From Candidatus Poriferihabitaceae bacterium (GTDB lineage Bacteria; Pseudomonadota; Gammaproteobacteria; Arenicellales; Poriferihabitantaceae): a DNA stretch of 64,000 nt. The position numbers and the translations under genes are program-made. A model generated the notes under the pieces. The model was not told the origin of the DNA, searched no databases, and saw nothing but the letters and a program-made list of their open reading frames with translations. Positions 54,417-64,000 of this stretch are shown one piece after another. Within the stretch, counting starts at the first letter, position 1. Every line of letters starts with the position of its first letter. The stretch is taken from positions 1,005,278-1,069,277 of the forward strand of contig OZ243962.1 in NCBI GenBank assembly GCA_965214625.1, given 5' to 3'.

Positions 54417-56603
54417 TTGTTGAATCAACTACGCACTCTCAGCATACGCGCCAAACTGACGTGGATCGTCATCTCGTTACTCATCATCCCCTGGATGGGC
54501 TATCACTATGTACTGGAGATGAAGCGGTTTCTGGTACAGGGTCAGCAAGATGCGCTGCTGCTCACGGCAAACGGCATTGCCACCGTGCTCAATGATCGTT
54601 CGGAGTTATTCAATCCGGCAACCGGCGTACCGAAAGTGCTCGGGGAGGAGACCGACCTGTTCGCTCATGAATTGGACAATCCGGTTCAACTCGACGGTCA
54701 ACTGGGGGACTGGGAGAAACTCCAGGAATTCGCTTCATTTTATACCGGATCGATCAATATGGTGTGCGCAGAGGATTATGATCCAGACTCTTTTTCGCTG
54801 AAACACCTGCTGGGGTTTCAAGAGCTCTATTTATATGCGATGTTTGAAGTCAGTGACAATCAGGTTGTCTATCGTGACCTGGAACGTGTTCAGCTGAACA
54901 CCAGCGATCAGATAAGAATGTTGCTTCAACTGCCCGACAATACATTACGGCATTATCTGATGGTCGCACGTGCACCTGGCAGAATGAGCATTTACCTGGT
55001 TGATGAAGACTGGGAATTGGCCCTCAAGGGTGATCCGGTGACCGCCTTTACTGCCGAGATGGCGGAAACCGATTTTGGATATAATATCGAATTGCGGATC
55101 CCGCGTGACATCATTGGCACGCAAACCCATATCGGCTTTTATGTGGTGGATGTCGATGATCCTGAAAACCGGCAAATCGACACCATTCTCAACACCTCCC
55201 CTCAGATATCGGGCAGTGAACCGGCCCAGATACTGCTCAGCTCTCCCGAATTGACCAAGATCCTGAGGGGGCTCAATCGGCCACAATCCAGAATCTGGAT
55301 TCTCGACCAACAACAAAGGGTCAGAGCCGTCGTTGGCGGATTATCGGCCTCACCGGCAACCGACTACACGGAACCGGCTGAAGAGATCGGCTGGCTGACT
55401 GCCCTGTATGAGGCCTTTCAAAGACGCCTTGATGCCTTGTTTGTTCGGCCAACGGAACGTTTTACCGATATCCCGATCGATGTGACGCATCGGCCTGACA
55501 AGATTTTTACCACCATTTTGAAAGGCACACCCAAAGTGGCGGAGCGACCCTCTCTCGATCAGAAAGCACAGATCATTGTGGCCGGATATCCCATCCGGTC
55601 CGGGGGTGATGTGCTCGGTGCCGTGATCGTCGAGCAGAGCAGTCATGCCATACTTTCGTTGCAATACCGACTGCTAAGGAGCCTGACACTTGCCACCGTT
55701 TTGGTGTTTGTCTTTGTTTTGCTGACGCTGTTCGTTTTCGCCTGGCGCCTGACGGTGAGAATCAGGCGGCTTTACAACACCACTGAATTATCGATTACCG
55801 CCGAAGGTCGTGTGCTTGAAGAGCGCATTCCCACCCGTGTCTATCCGACAGATGAACTGGGTGACCTTGGGAGAAGCATTACCAATATGTTACACCGGTT
55901 GTCTGGCTATACCCGTTATCTGGAAGGCATGCCCGATACGCTGGCGCACGAGATGAACAATCCGCTCAACGTGGTCAGCTCTTCTTTGGAAATTCTCCAG
56001 TCAGACGTGCCCGAAATCAAAGACAACAAGTACATGTTACGCGCACAAAATGGAATCAATCGACTCAGGTCCATCCTGACCAGCCTGACCGAAGCGGCGA
56101 ACCTCGAAGAAGCAATGAGAGATGAAATCAAGGAACCGGTGAATCTATCCTCTCTCATTCATGAATTCGTCGACGGTTATCGCACCAGCTTTCCCCACTG
56201 CCGGTTTCAAACGCACACCACAGCACAAAGCATTGTCATCGAAGGGAGCGCCGATCGCCTGGCACAAATGCTGGACAAACTCATCGACAACGCGGTCCAG
56301 TTTACCCAGCCTGAAACACCGATTATCGTCAGCCTAATGAAAAACAGTCAAAGTGCGGAAATCAGTGTCACGAACGAGGGGCAGAAAATCCCTGAAAAAA
56401 TCATTGACAGAATGTTTGATCCAATGGTTTCTTATGGAAAAATCAATGCCAAACACTCTCATTTGGGACTCGGTCTGTTCGTGGTCAGACTGATTGCCGA
56501 ATATCATCAGGGCAAAGTCCGGGCCGAAAACAGAACAGATCGACCGGGGGTGATCGTCACCGTGTCCATTCCCATATCCAAAGAATCCGTGTCAATGGCG
56601 TAG
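54417..56603 (+). CDS. Sensor histidine kinase with a large (about 380 aa) extracytoplasmic domain
   Basis: 728 aa. TM1 WIVISLLIIPWMGY, TM2 LATVLVFVFVLLTLFVFAW, H-box LAHEMNNPLN, N-box KLIDNAVQFT, G2 GLGLFVV. TTG start as in the track. Confidence 0.88.
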   Translation: MLNQLRTLSIRAKLTWIVISLLIIPWMGYHYVLEMKRFLVQGQQDALLLTANGIATVLNDRSELFNPATGVPKVLGEETDLFAHELDNPVQLDGQLGDWEKLQEFASFYTGSINMVCAEDYDPDSFSLKHLLGFQELYLYAMFEVSDNQVVYRDLERVQLNTSDQIRMLLQLPDNTLRHYLMVARAPGRMSIYLVDEDWELALKGDPVTAFTAEMAETDFGYNIELRIPRDIIGTQTHIGFYVVDVDDPENRQIDTILNTSPQISGSEPAQILLSSPELTKILRGLNRPQSRIWILDQQQRVRAVVGGLSASPATDYTEPAEEIGWLTALYEAFQRRLDALFVRPTERFTDIPIDVTHRPDKIFTTILKGTPKVAERPSLDQKAQIIVAGYPIRSGGDVLGAVIVEQSSHAILSLQYRLLRSLTLATVLVFVFVLLTLFVFAWRLTVRIRRLYNTTELSITAEGRVLEERIPTRVYPTDELGDLGRSITNMLHRLSGYTRYLEGMPDTLAHEMNNPLNVVSSSLEILQSDVPEIKDNKYMLRAQNGINRLRSILTSLTEAANLEEAMRDEIKEPVNLSSLIHEFVDGYRTSFPHCRFQTHTTAQSIVIEGSADRLAQMLDKLIDNAVQFTQPETPIIVSLMKNSQSAEISVTNEGQKIPEKIIDRMFDPMVSYGKINAKHSHLGLGLFVVRLIAEYHQGKVRAENRTDRPGVIVTVSIPISKESVSMA

Positions 56604-57139
56604 GCTGTTGTCGGGTGCCCGATGGGACCGATCCATCCCTTATCGGACCGGCTTTCTGTCTTGACCCGTCACTGATCGACCGTTTGCACCATCTCTTTGA
56701 CGGCGGTGATCCGGTTTTTCATGCAAGACGGAGCGAATCCGGACCACAGGCAAATCAGGTCATGTCGTTTTTTGCATCCACGAGGACACCCCGCGACAAT
56801 GCACTGCAGCACATTGAGCCCCGATCCCAATGCGTTCTCTCCGGCCTTTCTCCCCGCCTTCGAAGACCCTGTGCCTTTCCGGTTGCGTCATTCGATCAGC
56901 AAAACCGGATGGATGATCGCATCCGTCCGGGCAATCGATTCTCCTGTTGATCATTCGGGTGGTCTGGCGACTTGCACTGTCCCGTCAGTCTGGCGCAAGG
57001 GAATCTGACCACTTTGATGGCGCGGATCATTACGGAAACAGAAACGGCCACGGCAATTCACGATGGCCAGCAAAAGACATGCTGACGGGGCATGCCGGAA
57101 AACAGCTACCGGTTTTCAGGCCGTCTGTTTGTATCCCGG

Positions 57140-57448
57140 CTACCAGGTGCCTATCTGCCACCGCCTGACATTCGGTCTTTCACCCAGCTGATTTTCCTCT
57201 GCCACCCAAAGCGCATCATCACGCTGATTTTGATAAATCTCGGTCCAACCGTTTTGTCGGTATACCACAAGTCGTTCCAGTCTGCCGCCAGTCCGGTAGT
57301 GCTCATATCGGGTCTCTCCCTTGTAAGTGATGGACAGCCCATCCGGCAGTTGCAGACCGACCTCAGTGTCTTCATCCGAGGCATGCACAAATGACAAGCA
57401 GAACACGAGAAAAATGCTTCCCGATATATATTTGGTTACAATATTCAC
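57140..57448 (-). CDS. Small secreted protein (DUF2782-like)
   Basis: 102 aa with signal peptide MNIVTKYISGSIFLVFCLSFVHA. It is divergent from polA, an arrangement I recall for DUF2782 genes in other gammaproteobacteria. The family call is from memory. Confidence 0.5.
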   Translation of the reverse strand: MNIVTKYISGSIFLVFCLSFVHASDEDTEVGLQLPDGLSITYKGETRYEHYRTGGRLERLVVYRQNGWTEIYQNQRDDALWVAEENQLGERPNVRRWQIGTW

Positions 57449-57684
57449 AAGTTCTTTCCTTTCTTCGGGTATTGATGATCCCTCAACTATAGCACCTCAG
57501 GGCATCAATCCGAACACACCATCTTGAAACAGCCCCGCGCCCGGTTTCATCGGTACCCGAGCTGTCGGCTGTTTGTTCGAACAATCACCGAATCGGATAC
57601 CCCGCGGCTGGTCAAAGATAGCGTTCGTTAACCGTATTGAATAATGACATAATAGGGAACCTCCATCCGCAAGTCCGATAACCG

Positions 57685-60387
57685 ATGTCTGCCGATAAAG
57701 AAATCACTTTAATTGACGGTTCCTCTTTCCTGTTTCGGGCATACCATGCCATGGGTCAGACACCGCTGATGACATCGGATGGCCGGATGACACAGGCCAT
57801 ATTCGGCATGACCAATATGCTCAAAAGTCTGCTCAGGGAAATTCAGCCGGTTCATATTGCCGTGATTATGGATGCCAAGGGAAAGACTTTCCGACATGAC
57901 CTGTATGATCAATATAAAGCAAACAGGGCGCCAATGCCGGATGATCTGAGGGAACAGTTGTCTTATCTGAAACAAATCATCCCCGCCATGGGGTTGCCAC
58001 TTGTCTCTGTTTCCGGAGTGGAGGCCGATGACGTTATCGGTACCCTGTCAACCCGGGCGGTTGCATTGAACTTCCGAGTTCGGATTGTGAGCAATGACAA
58101 GGACCTGGCCCAGTTAGTCAGCGACAAAGTGGAAATGGTGGATACCATGAAAAATATACGTCTTGATCCGGAGGGTGTGGTCAAAAAGTTCGGCGTACCC
58201 CCACAACAGATGATCGATTACCTGGCGCTTGTCGGTGACAAGTCGGATAACATCCCCGGTGTCCCCAAGGTGGGCCCCAAAACAGCCGTAAAATGGTTGT
58301 CAGCCTTCGGTTCACTGGATGATATTGTCAACCACGCGGATCAAATCACCGGGAGCGTTGGGGTCTCCCTGCGAGCGCATCTCGATCAACTTCGGCTGTC
58401 AAAAATACTGACAACCATCAAATGTGATGTGGAACTTGATACGTCACCGGAACAACTGAAATTAGGAAGCCCGGACACGGAGGTGCTAAGAACCTACTAT
58501 CAGGATCTTGAATTCAATTCCTGGTTAAAGGAACTGCCTGAGACAGACAGCAAAGAGACGTCTGCAACGGTGACTGAAACAAGTCGGTATGAGACGATTG
58601 TTGATTTTCAAACATTGGATGATTGGATAGAGAAACTCAGCAACGCCGATATTTTCGCATTGGATACCGAAACCACGTCGGTGGATGCCCACCAGGCTGA
58701 TCTGGTCGGACTGTCCTTTTGTGTCACGCCGGGCGAAGCAGCCTACATTCCCTTGAAGCATGGCTACCCGGAGGCCCCCCCGCAGCTTCCGATGGACATC
58801 GTGCTGGAAAAACTCAAACCGATACTCGAAGATCCGCACAAAGCAAAAACCGGGCAAAACCTGAAATACGATGCAGAAGTGCTTCATTATTGCGGCATAC
58901 AACTGAACGGTATTACTCACGACACGATGCTGATGTCCTATGTGCTTGGTGCCGGATATGCCCGCCATGATATGGACACCCTGGCACGTATACACCTCGG
59001 GAAAGAAACAATCAAGTTCTCTGACATCGCCGGAACCGGCAAGCAACAGCTGACTTTTGATCAGATAGAAATTGAGACGGCCTCACAATATGCGGCTGAA
59101 GATGCTGATATCACACTGCAGCTGCACCGCCTGTTCGTGCTTGAACTAGAGCAATATCCGCGTTTGAAAAACCTGTTCCACGATATCGAACTGCCCTTGC
59201 TGCACGTATTGGTGAAGATCGAAACCAATGGCGTCAAGGTGGATGCCGATCAACTCAACCGGCACAGTGAAGAGCTGGCAATCCGTCTTCGTAACATCGA
59301 AAAGCAGGCCCATGCCGTGGCAGGAGAGCCGTTCAATATCGGTTCCCCAAAACAAATCCGGGAAATTCTATATCACAAACAAGGCATTCCAGTCACAAGA
59401 AAAACCCCCAAAGGACAACCCTCGACGGCCGAACACGTACTGCAAGAGCTGGCCGAAGAACATGTGTTACCCGGTCTGATTCTCAAGCACCGGGGACTTG
59501 CCAAGCTGAAAAGTACCTACACCGACAAACTGCCACGTCTGGTGAATCCGAAAACGGGTCGGATCCATACCTCCTATCACCAAGCCGTCGCAGCAACCGG
59601 ACGCTTATCCTCATCCGATCCCAATTTACAGAATATTCCGATTCGAACCGAAGAAGGGCGTCGTATTCGGGTGGCCTTCGTCCCCGAGAAAGGGAATCTT
59701 CTGATCGCCGCAGATTATTCCCAGATTGAGCTTAGAATCATGGCGCACCTGTCACAAGACAAAAGCCTGATAGAGGCCTTTACCCATGGGGTTGATATAC
59801 ACAGTGCGACGGCAGCCGAGGTGTTTGGCGGTGATCCGAGCAACCTGGACACGGACCTGCGCCGCCGGGCCAAAGCGATCAATTTCGGCCTGATCTATGG
59901 CATGTCGGCGTATGGTCTTGCCCGTCAGTTGAAAATAGACCAAAGAGAAGCGAAACAATACATTGACATTTATTTCGACCGCTATCCGGGTGTTCGAAAA
60001 TATATGGAAGACACCAAACAGCTTGCCCGAATGCAGGGCTATGTGGAAACAATTTATGGACGACGGCTGAATCTGCCTGACATTCATTCGCGAAACGCAG
60101 CACGAAGACAGTATGCGGAACGAACCGCGATCAACGCACCGATGCAGGGCTCGGCCGCTGATCTTGTGAAACTGGCCATGCTGGCAGTCGATCAATGGAT
60201 TACCGAAAACCGGTCATGCGCCAAAGTGATCCTGCAGGTTCACGATGAACTGGTGCTTGAAGTGGACAAAGCAGAGGCAGAAAGGATGTCGGTGGTGGTT
60301 TCTGACTTGATGTGTTCGGTTGGACAACTGCGCGTCCCGCTGGTCGTGGAGACAGGCATTGGCCAGAACTGGAAACAGGCCCATTAA
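57685..60387 (+). CDS. polA: DNA polymerase I
   Basis: 900 aa. 5'-nuclease N-terminus (LIDGSSFLFRAYHA), 3'-5' exo ALDTETTS, pol motif A LIAADYSQIELRIMAHLS, motif B RRRAKAINFGLIYGMS, motif C QVHDELV. Confidence 0.97.
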   Translation: MSADKEITLIDGSSFLFRAYHAMGQTPLMTSDGRMTQAIFGMTNMLKSLLREIQPVHIAVIMDAKGKTFRHDLYDQYKANRAPMPDDLREQLSYLKQIIPAMGLPLVSVSGVEADDVIGTLSTRAVALNFRVRIVSNDKDLAQLVSDKVEMVDTMKNIRLDPEGVVKKFGVPPQQMIDYLALVGDKSDNIPGVPKVGPKTAVKWLSAFGSLDDIVNHADQITGSVGVSLRAHLDQLRLSKILTTIKCDVELDTSPEQLKLGSPDTEVLRTYYQDLEFNSWLKELPETDSKETSATVTETSRYETIVDFQTLDDWIEKLSNADIFALDTETTSVDAHQADLVGLSFCVTPGEAAYIPLKHGYPEAPPQLPMDIVLEKLKPILEDPHKAKTGQNLKYDAEVLHYCGIQLNGITHDTMLMSYVLGAGYARHDMDTLARIHLGKETIKFSDIAGTGKQQLTFDQIEIETASQYAAEDADITLQLHRLFVLELEQYPRLKNLFHDIELPLLHVLVKIETNGVKVDADQLNRHSEELAIRLRNIEKQAHAVAGEPFNIGSPKQIREILYHKQGIPVTRKTPKGQPSTAEHVLQELAEEHVLPGLILKHRGLAKLKSTYTDKLPRLVNPKTGRIHTSYHQAVAATGRLSSSDPNLQNIPIRTEEGRRIRVAFVPEKGNLLIAADYSQIELRIMAHLSQDKSLIEAFTHGVDIHSATAAEVFGGDPSNLDTDLRRRAKAINFGLIYGMSAYGLARQLKIDQREAKQYIDIYFDRYPGVRKYMEDTKQLARMQGYVETIYGRRLNLPDIHSRNAARRQYAERTAINAPMQGSAADLVKLAMLAVDQWITENRSCAKVILQVHDELVLEVDKAEAERMSVVVSDLMCSVGQLRVPLVVETGIGQNWKQAH

Positions 60388-60642
60388 ATTCAAACCCGGC
60401 TCCCGTCACTGACCAACGACCTCTGCCCGACTCCCAGCCCTTCTTCTGCCCAATCCCATTTTCCGGTTTCCTGTCATCACAGCCGCCCTTCTCATGGCAC
60501 TTTCGGATCAGTATCTGTCCAAAAGCAGCGGATTCTATGTTCTCCACAGGGGAAAATCGAACATTTGCACATCTGAATTGAATAGGGCAATATACCATTT
60601 TCGATTGAACGGTCTTAGCGATAGTGCAGACAGGAGGAATAC

Positions 60643-61794
60643 ATGTCCGAATTCGCTCACGGAGAAATTGAACATAAGAATCAAGGGTTTGCCCAGCGCC
60701 GTGTCCAGAAAATGCTGAGCATGACGGGTATTGAGATCAATGGGCAGAATCCCTGGGATATTCAAGTCGTCAACCCTGCCTTCTTCCGACGGGTCCTTGT
60801 AAACGGGTCGCTTGGGCTGGGCGAATCCTATGTCGAGGGTTGGTGGCACTGCAAACAACTCGATCAGATGATCAATCTCTTGCTGCGTTCCCCGCTGTCA
60901 CAAAATCATAAATTCCTGGCCCATATCGTTTCATGGTTTCGATCAGAATACTTCAACCTGCAGAAGCAGTCACGGGCATTTCGGGTGGGCGAGTTGCACT
61001 ACGACATTGGCAACGAGTTGTACCAGGCCATGCTGGACAAGAGAATGGTTTATACCTGCGGCTATTGGTCTGAAGCCGATAATCTGGATGATGCACAAAG
61101 GGATAAGTTGGATTTGGTGTGTCGCAAGCTGGATTTGCGCAAAGGTATGAAAATACTCGATATCGGTTGTGGATGGGGGAGTTTTGCAAAACATGCGGCA
61201 CAAAAGTATGGCGTCGAAGTCACTGGAATCACCGTCTCCAAAGAACAGGTTGATCTGGGAATGAAACAGTGTGCCGGGTTGCCGGTCGAACTGAGATTGC
61301 AGGACTATCGGGATCTCAGCGAACAGTTCGATGCCATCGTTTCTCTTGGCATGTTCGAACATGTTGGACATAAAAACTACCGGGTTTATATGGATATCGT
61401 CAAACGTTCCTTGAAACCCGGTGCCAAATTCTTGTTACACACCATTGGAAAAAATGACTCTCGTCATGGTGTGGACCCGTGGATATCCAAGTACATCTTC
61501 CCCAATGGAGAAATTCCCTCTCTCAACCAGATTGCATCGGCGCTGGAGTCATTGATGGTGGTTGAGGATATCCACAACTTTGGCCCCGATTACGATAAAA
61601 CACTCATGGCCTGGTTTCGTAACTTCCATACATCGTGGCCGACAATCAATGACCGCTATCCACGGAAATTTTATCGATTGTGGGAGTACTATCTCAAGGT
61701 TTGCGCCGGTGCGTTCAGGGCCCGCAATCTTCAATTGTGGCAGATCGTCATTTCTCTGGGCGATACACCCGAGGCCTATCGGCGTCCGGTATGA
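60643..61794 (+). CDS. cfa: Cyclopropane-fatty-acyl-phospholipid synthase
   Basis: 383 aa. HYDIGNELYQAMLDKRMVYTCGYW, SAM-binding ILDIGCGWGSFAKHAA, GMFEHVG. AGGAGG lies 6 nt upstream of the ATG. Confidence 0.88.
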   Translation: MSEFAHGEIEHKNQGFAQRRVQKMLSMTGIEINGQNPWDIQVVNPAFFRRVLVNGSLGLGESYVEGWWHCKQLDQMINLLLRSPLSQNHKFLAHIVSWFRSEYFNLQKQSRAFRVGELHYDIGNELYQAMLDKRMVYTCGYWSEADNLDDAQRDKLDLVCRKLDLRKGMKILDIGCGWGSFAKHAAQKYGVEVTGITVSKEQVDLGMKQCAGLPVELRLQDYRDLSEQFDAIVSLGMFEHVGHKNYRVYMDIVKRSLKPGAKFLLHTIGKNDSRHGVDPWISKYIFPNGEIPSLNQIASALESLMVVEDIHNFGPDYDKTLMAWFRNFHTSWPTINDRYPRKFYRLWEYYLKVCAGAFRARNLQLWQIVISLGDTPEAYRRPV

Positions 61795-61933
61795 CGGAAA
61801 GACCGAAAAATACCGTTATCCATCGGCACCCAATCCGCCCGCTGACCGGCTACAACAGATGATAAAAGTAACCCCTGCGTGACGCGCGCGGCCCGCTTTC
61901 GTGTACTGTCTCTACAGACTCAGATGATTCGCG

Positions 61934-62707
61934 TCACGATAACTGCTGCTCCACCCAGGCTGCCGCATTGTCAATCCGTCCCCCGCCCGAGAGATAACGA
62001 CCAATGAGGTGGTGCAGCCTTTCCTTCCCAAAGGAACCATAGTGTCCCGCATGCACCACCTGGACGGGCAATTCCTTCAAGCGCCTCAAGCTCGCCTGGT
62101 AAGTCTCCCGGTCCGAGTGATACAGCGTATCCAGTAACGCACCATCATAAACCACATCGCCTGAAAATAGGGTTCCGGTTGCTTTTTCATACAATACAAT
62201 CGACCCGGGTGAATGGCCCGGCAGGTGAAAAACCACAAAATGGCGGTTTCCTAGATCAATGACATCCCCCTCATCCAGATACCCGGTCAATGGCGCCGGT
62301 TTAACGGAATACTGGCTGGATTCAAATCCTTCATAGGGCAATGCGCTAAAGGTTTCAGTGCGCACGAAATCAGCATAGCCGGCGGTGTTGCGCTCCGTTG
62401 GAAAGGCATGGATTTCGGCTTCGCTGTGATGACCCAATCGGCTGTTAAACTCGTTTGCACCACCGATATGGTCAAAATGACAGTGCGTGGAAATACAGTC
62501 GACGGGTTTTTCGGTCAGCAGAGACACCTCCTGCTTCAAAGAACGCAGCCCCATGCCCGAATCAATCAGCAAATCCCGATTTTCACCCTGAATATGCCAC
62601 ATGTTACACCGTAACCACTTTGCCACATACCGTTCCCGAATCAGGTGAATTCCCTCTCCAACGGGAATCACTTCGTACCAGTCCTGCGCAATGTTTGAAG
62701 TTACCAT
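61934..62707 (-). CDS. MBL-fold metallo-hydrolase
   Basis: 257 aa. Metal motif STHCHFDHIGG, later LPGHSPGS and HAGH. Confidence 0.8.
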   Translation of the reverse strand: MVTSNIAQDWYEVIPVGEGIHLIRERYVAKWLRCNMWHIQGENRDLLIDSGMGLRSLKQEVSLLTEKPVDCISTHCHFDHIGGANEFNSRLGHHSEAEIHAFPTERNTAGYADFVRTETFSALPYEGFESSQYSVKPAPLTGYLDEGDVIDLGNRHFVVFHLPGHSPGSIVLYEKATGTLFSGDVVYDGALLDTLYHSDRETYQASLRRLKELPVQVVHAGHYGSFGKERLHHLIGRYLSGGGRIDNAAAWVEQQLS

Positions 62708-62817
62708 GGGCGGGATGAATCAGTATTTTGATCAGATAAACGCCGAGACATTTTATAGCACTTGTCATCGGATTGACATGCTCATACTCTCTCTCATCAG
62801 GACAAAAATGCCGGCGC

Positions 62818-62850
62818 AAAAAAAACCCTGCTCCCGGATAAGGAGCAGGG
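62818..62850 (-). terminator. Rho-independent terminator of the rRNA operon
   Basis: Perfect 9-bp stem CCCTGCTCC (62826-62834) / GGAGCAGGG (62842-62850) with a 7-nt loop. On the minus strand it is followed by a T8 run (A-run 62818-62825) and lies just downstream of the 5S gene. Confidence 0.85.
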
Positions 62851-62862
62851 TTTTCGTATTAA

Positions 62863-62982
62863 ATGCCTGGCAGTGTCCTACTTTCACATGGGGAGACCCC
62901 ACACTATCATCGGCGCTAAGCGTTTTCACTTCTGAGTTCGGGATGGGATCAGGTGGTTCCCGCTCGCTATTGCCACCAGGCA
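62863..62982 (-). rRNA. rrf: 5S ribosomal RNA
   Basis: 120 nt. The + strand reads ATGCCTGGCAGT..CCTACT...CATGGGGAGACCCCACACTA.CATCGGCGCTA...TTTCACTTCTGAGTTCGG.ATGGG.TCAGGTGG...CCAGGCA, the reverse complement of a typical gammaproteobacterial 5S (compare E. coli rrf). Confidence 0.95.
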
Positions 62983-63215
62983 AAGCTTTCAGACAGTTTC
63001 ACGGACTGAAGGAACACCGCTTGAAATCCGACTGTCGAACCAAGCCATACCAACCAGCCCCTCCAGTATCGCGGAACCGTCTTTCTTCTTGCTCAATCTC
63101 ATGATTGAGATTACAAATCAGGGTAGTCATCGGCGCTGTTCCTGCCGCAGTTCGACAGGAAGCGGATTGTCATAAATAGCTTATTGATAACACCCAAACT
63201 GTTTGGGTGTTATAT

Positions 63216-64000
<785 letters not shown>

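Noticed and set aside
5435-60387. Apparent enrichment of DNA-repair genes (uvrB, vsr, dut, lhr, uvrD, polA) in one window
   Set aside because: The genes are dispersed among unrelated housekeeping genes, on both strands and with their own flanks. Apart from vsr (part of the island), this looks like coincidence rather than a functional cluster.
60388-60642. Looked for the Spot 42 (spf) sRNA that follows polA in enterobacteria and vibrios
   Set aside because: No similarity to the Spot 42 sequence as I remember it, and no terminator hairpin with a T-run in this 255-nt spacer.

Overview
This looks like a gammaproteobacterial chromosomal window. It carries an E. coli-type elongator tRNA-Met (48814-48890) and the 3' end of an rRNA operon at the right edge (partial 23S, 5S, terminator). 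Most of it is tightly packed core genes: uvrB, maf, coaBC-dut, gloB, a peptide-type ABC importer, lhr, a class-III aminotransferase, uvrD, an OmpR/histidine-kinase pair, polA and cfa. There is also a glycine-betaine/one-carbon block: a dimethylglycine-dehydrogenase-like flavoprotein, a non-Pyl MttB-family methyltransferase, cobO and soxBDAG. The stand-out is an A+T-rich accessory insert (about 9.0-18.9 kb) between a TauD-family gene and a TPR gene. It starts with a frameshifted, truncated IS1380-like transposase fragment. Six co-directional genes follow, and every start/stop junction between them overlaps: Dcm C5-methyltransferase, Vsr, a GHKL (MORC/MutL-like) ATPase, a Z1-domain P-loop NTPase, a PD-(D/E)XK-motif protein and an AIPR protein. 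I read this as a methyltransferase-linked multi-component defence module. From memory it matches the MutL-Z1-AIPR 'Mza'-type architecture, whose mechanism is not understood as far as I know. Lower-priority observations: (1) the MttB-family gene has no corrinoid partner in view; (2) there is a possible divergent cobalamin riboswitch upstream of cobO; (3) a hotdog-DsbA fusion gene runs off the left edge; (4) there is an unlisted 53-codon Cys-rich ORF; (5) there is a decayed ORF fragment upstream of uvrB. I saw no CRISPR array and no intact mobile element. All calls come from reading the translations and sequence by eye; no searches were run.
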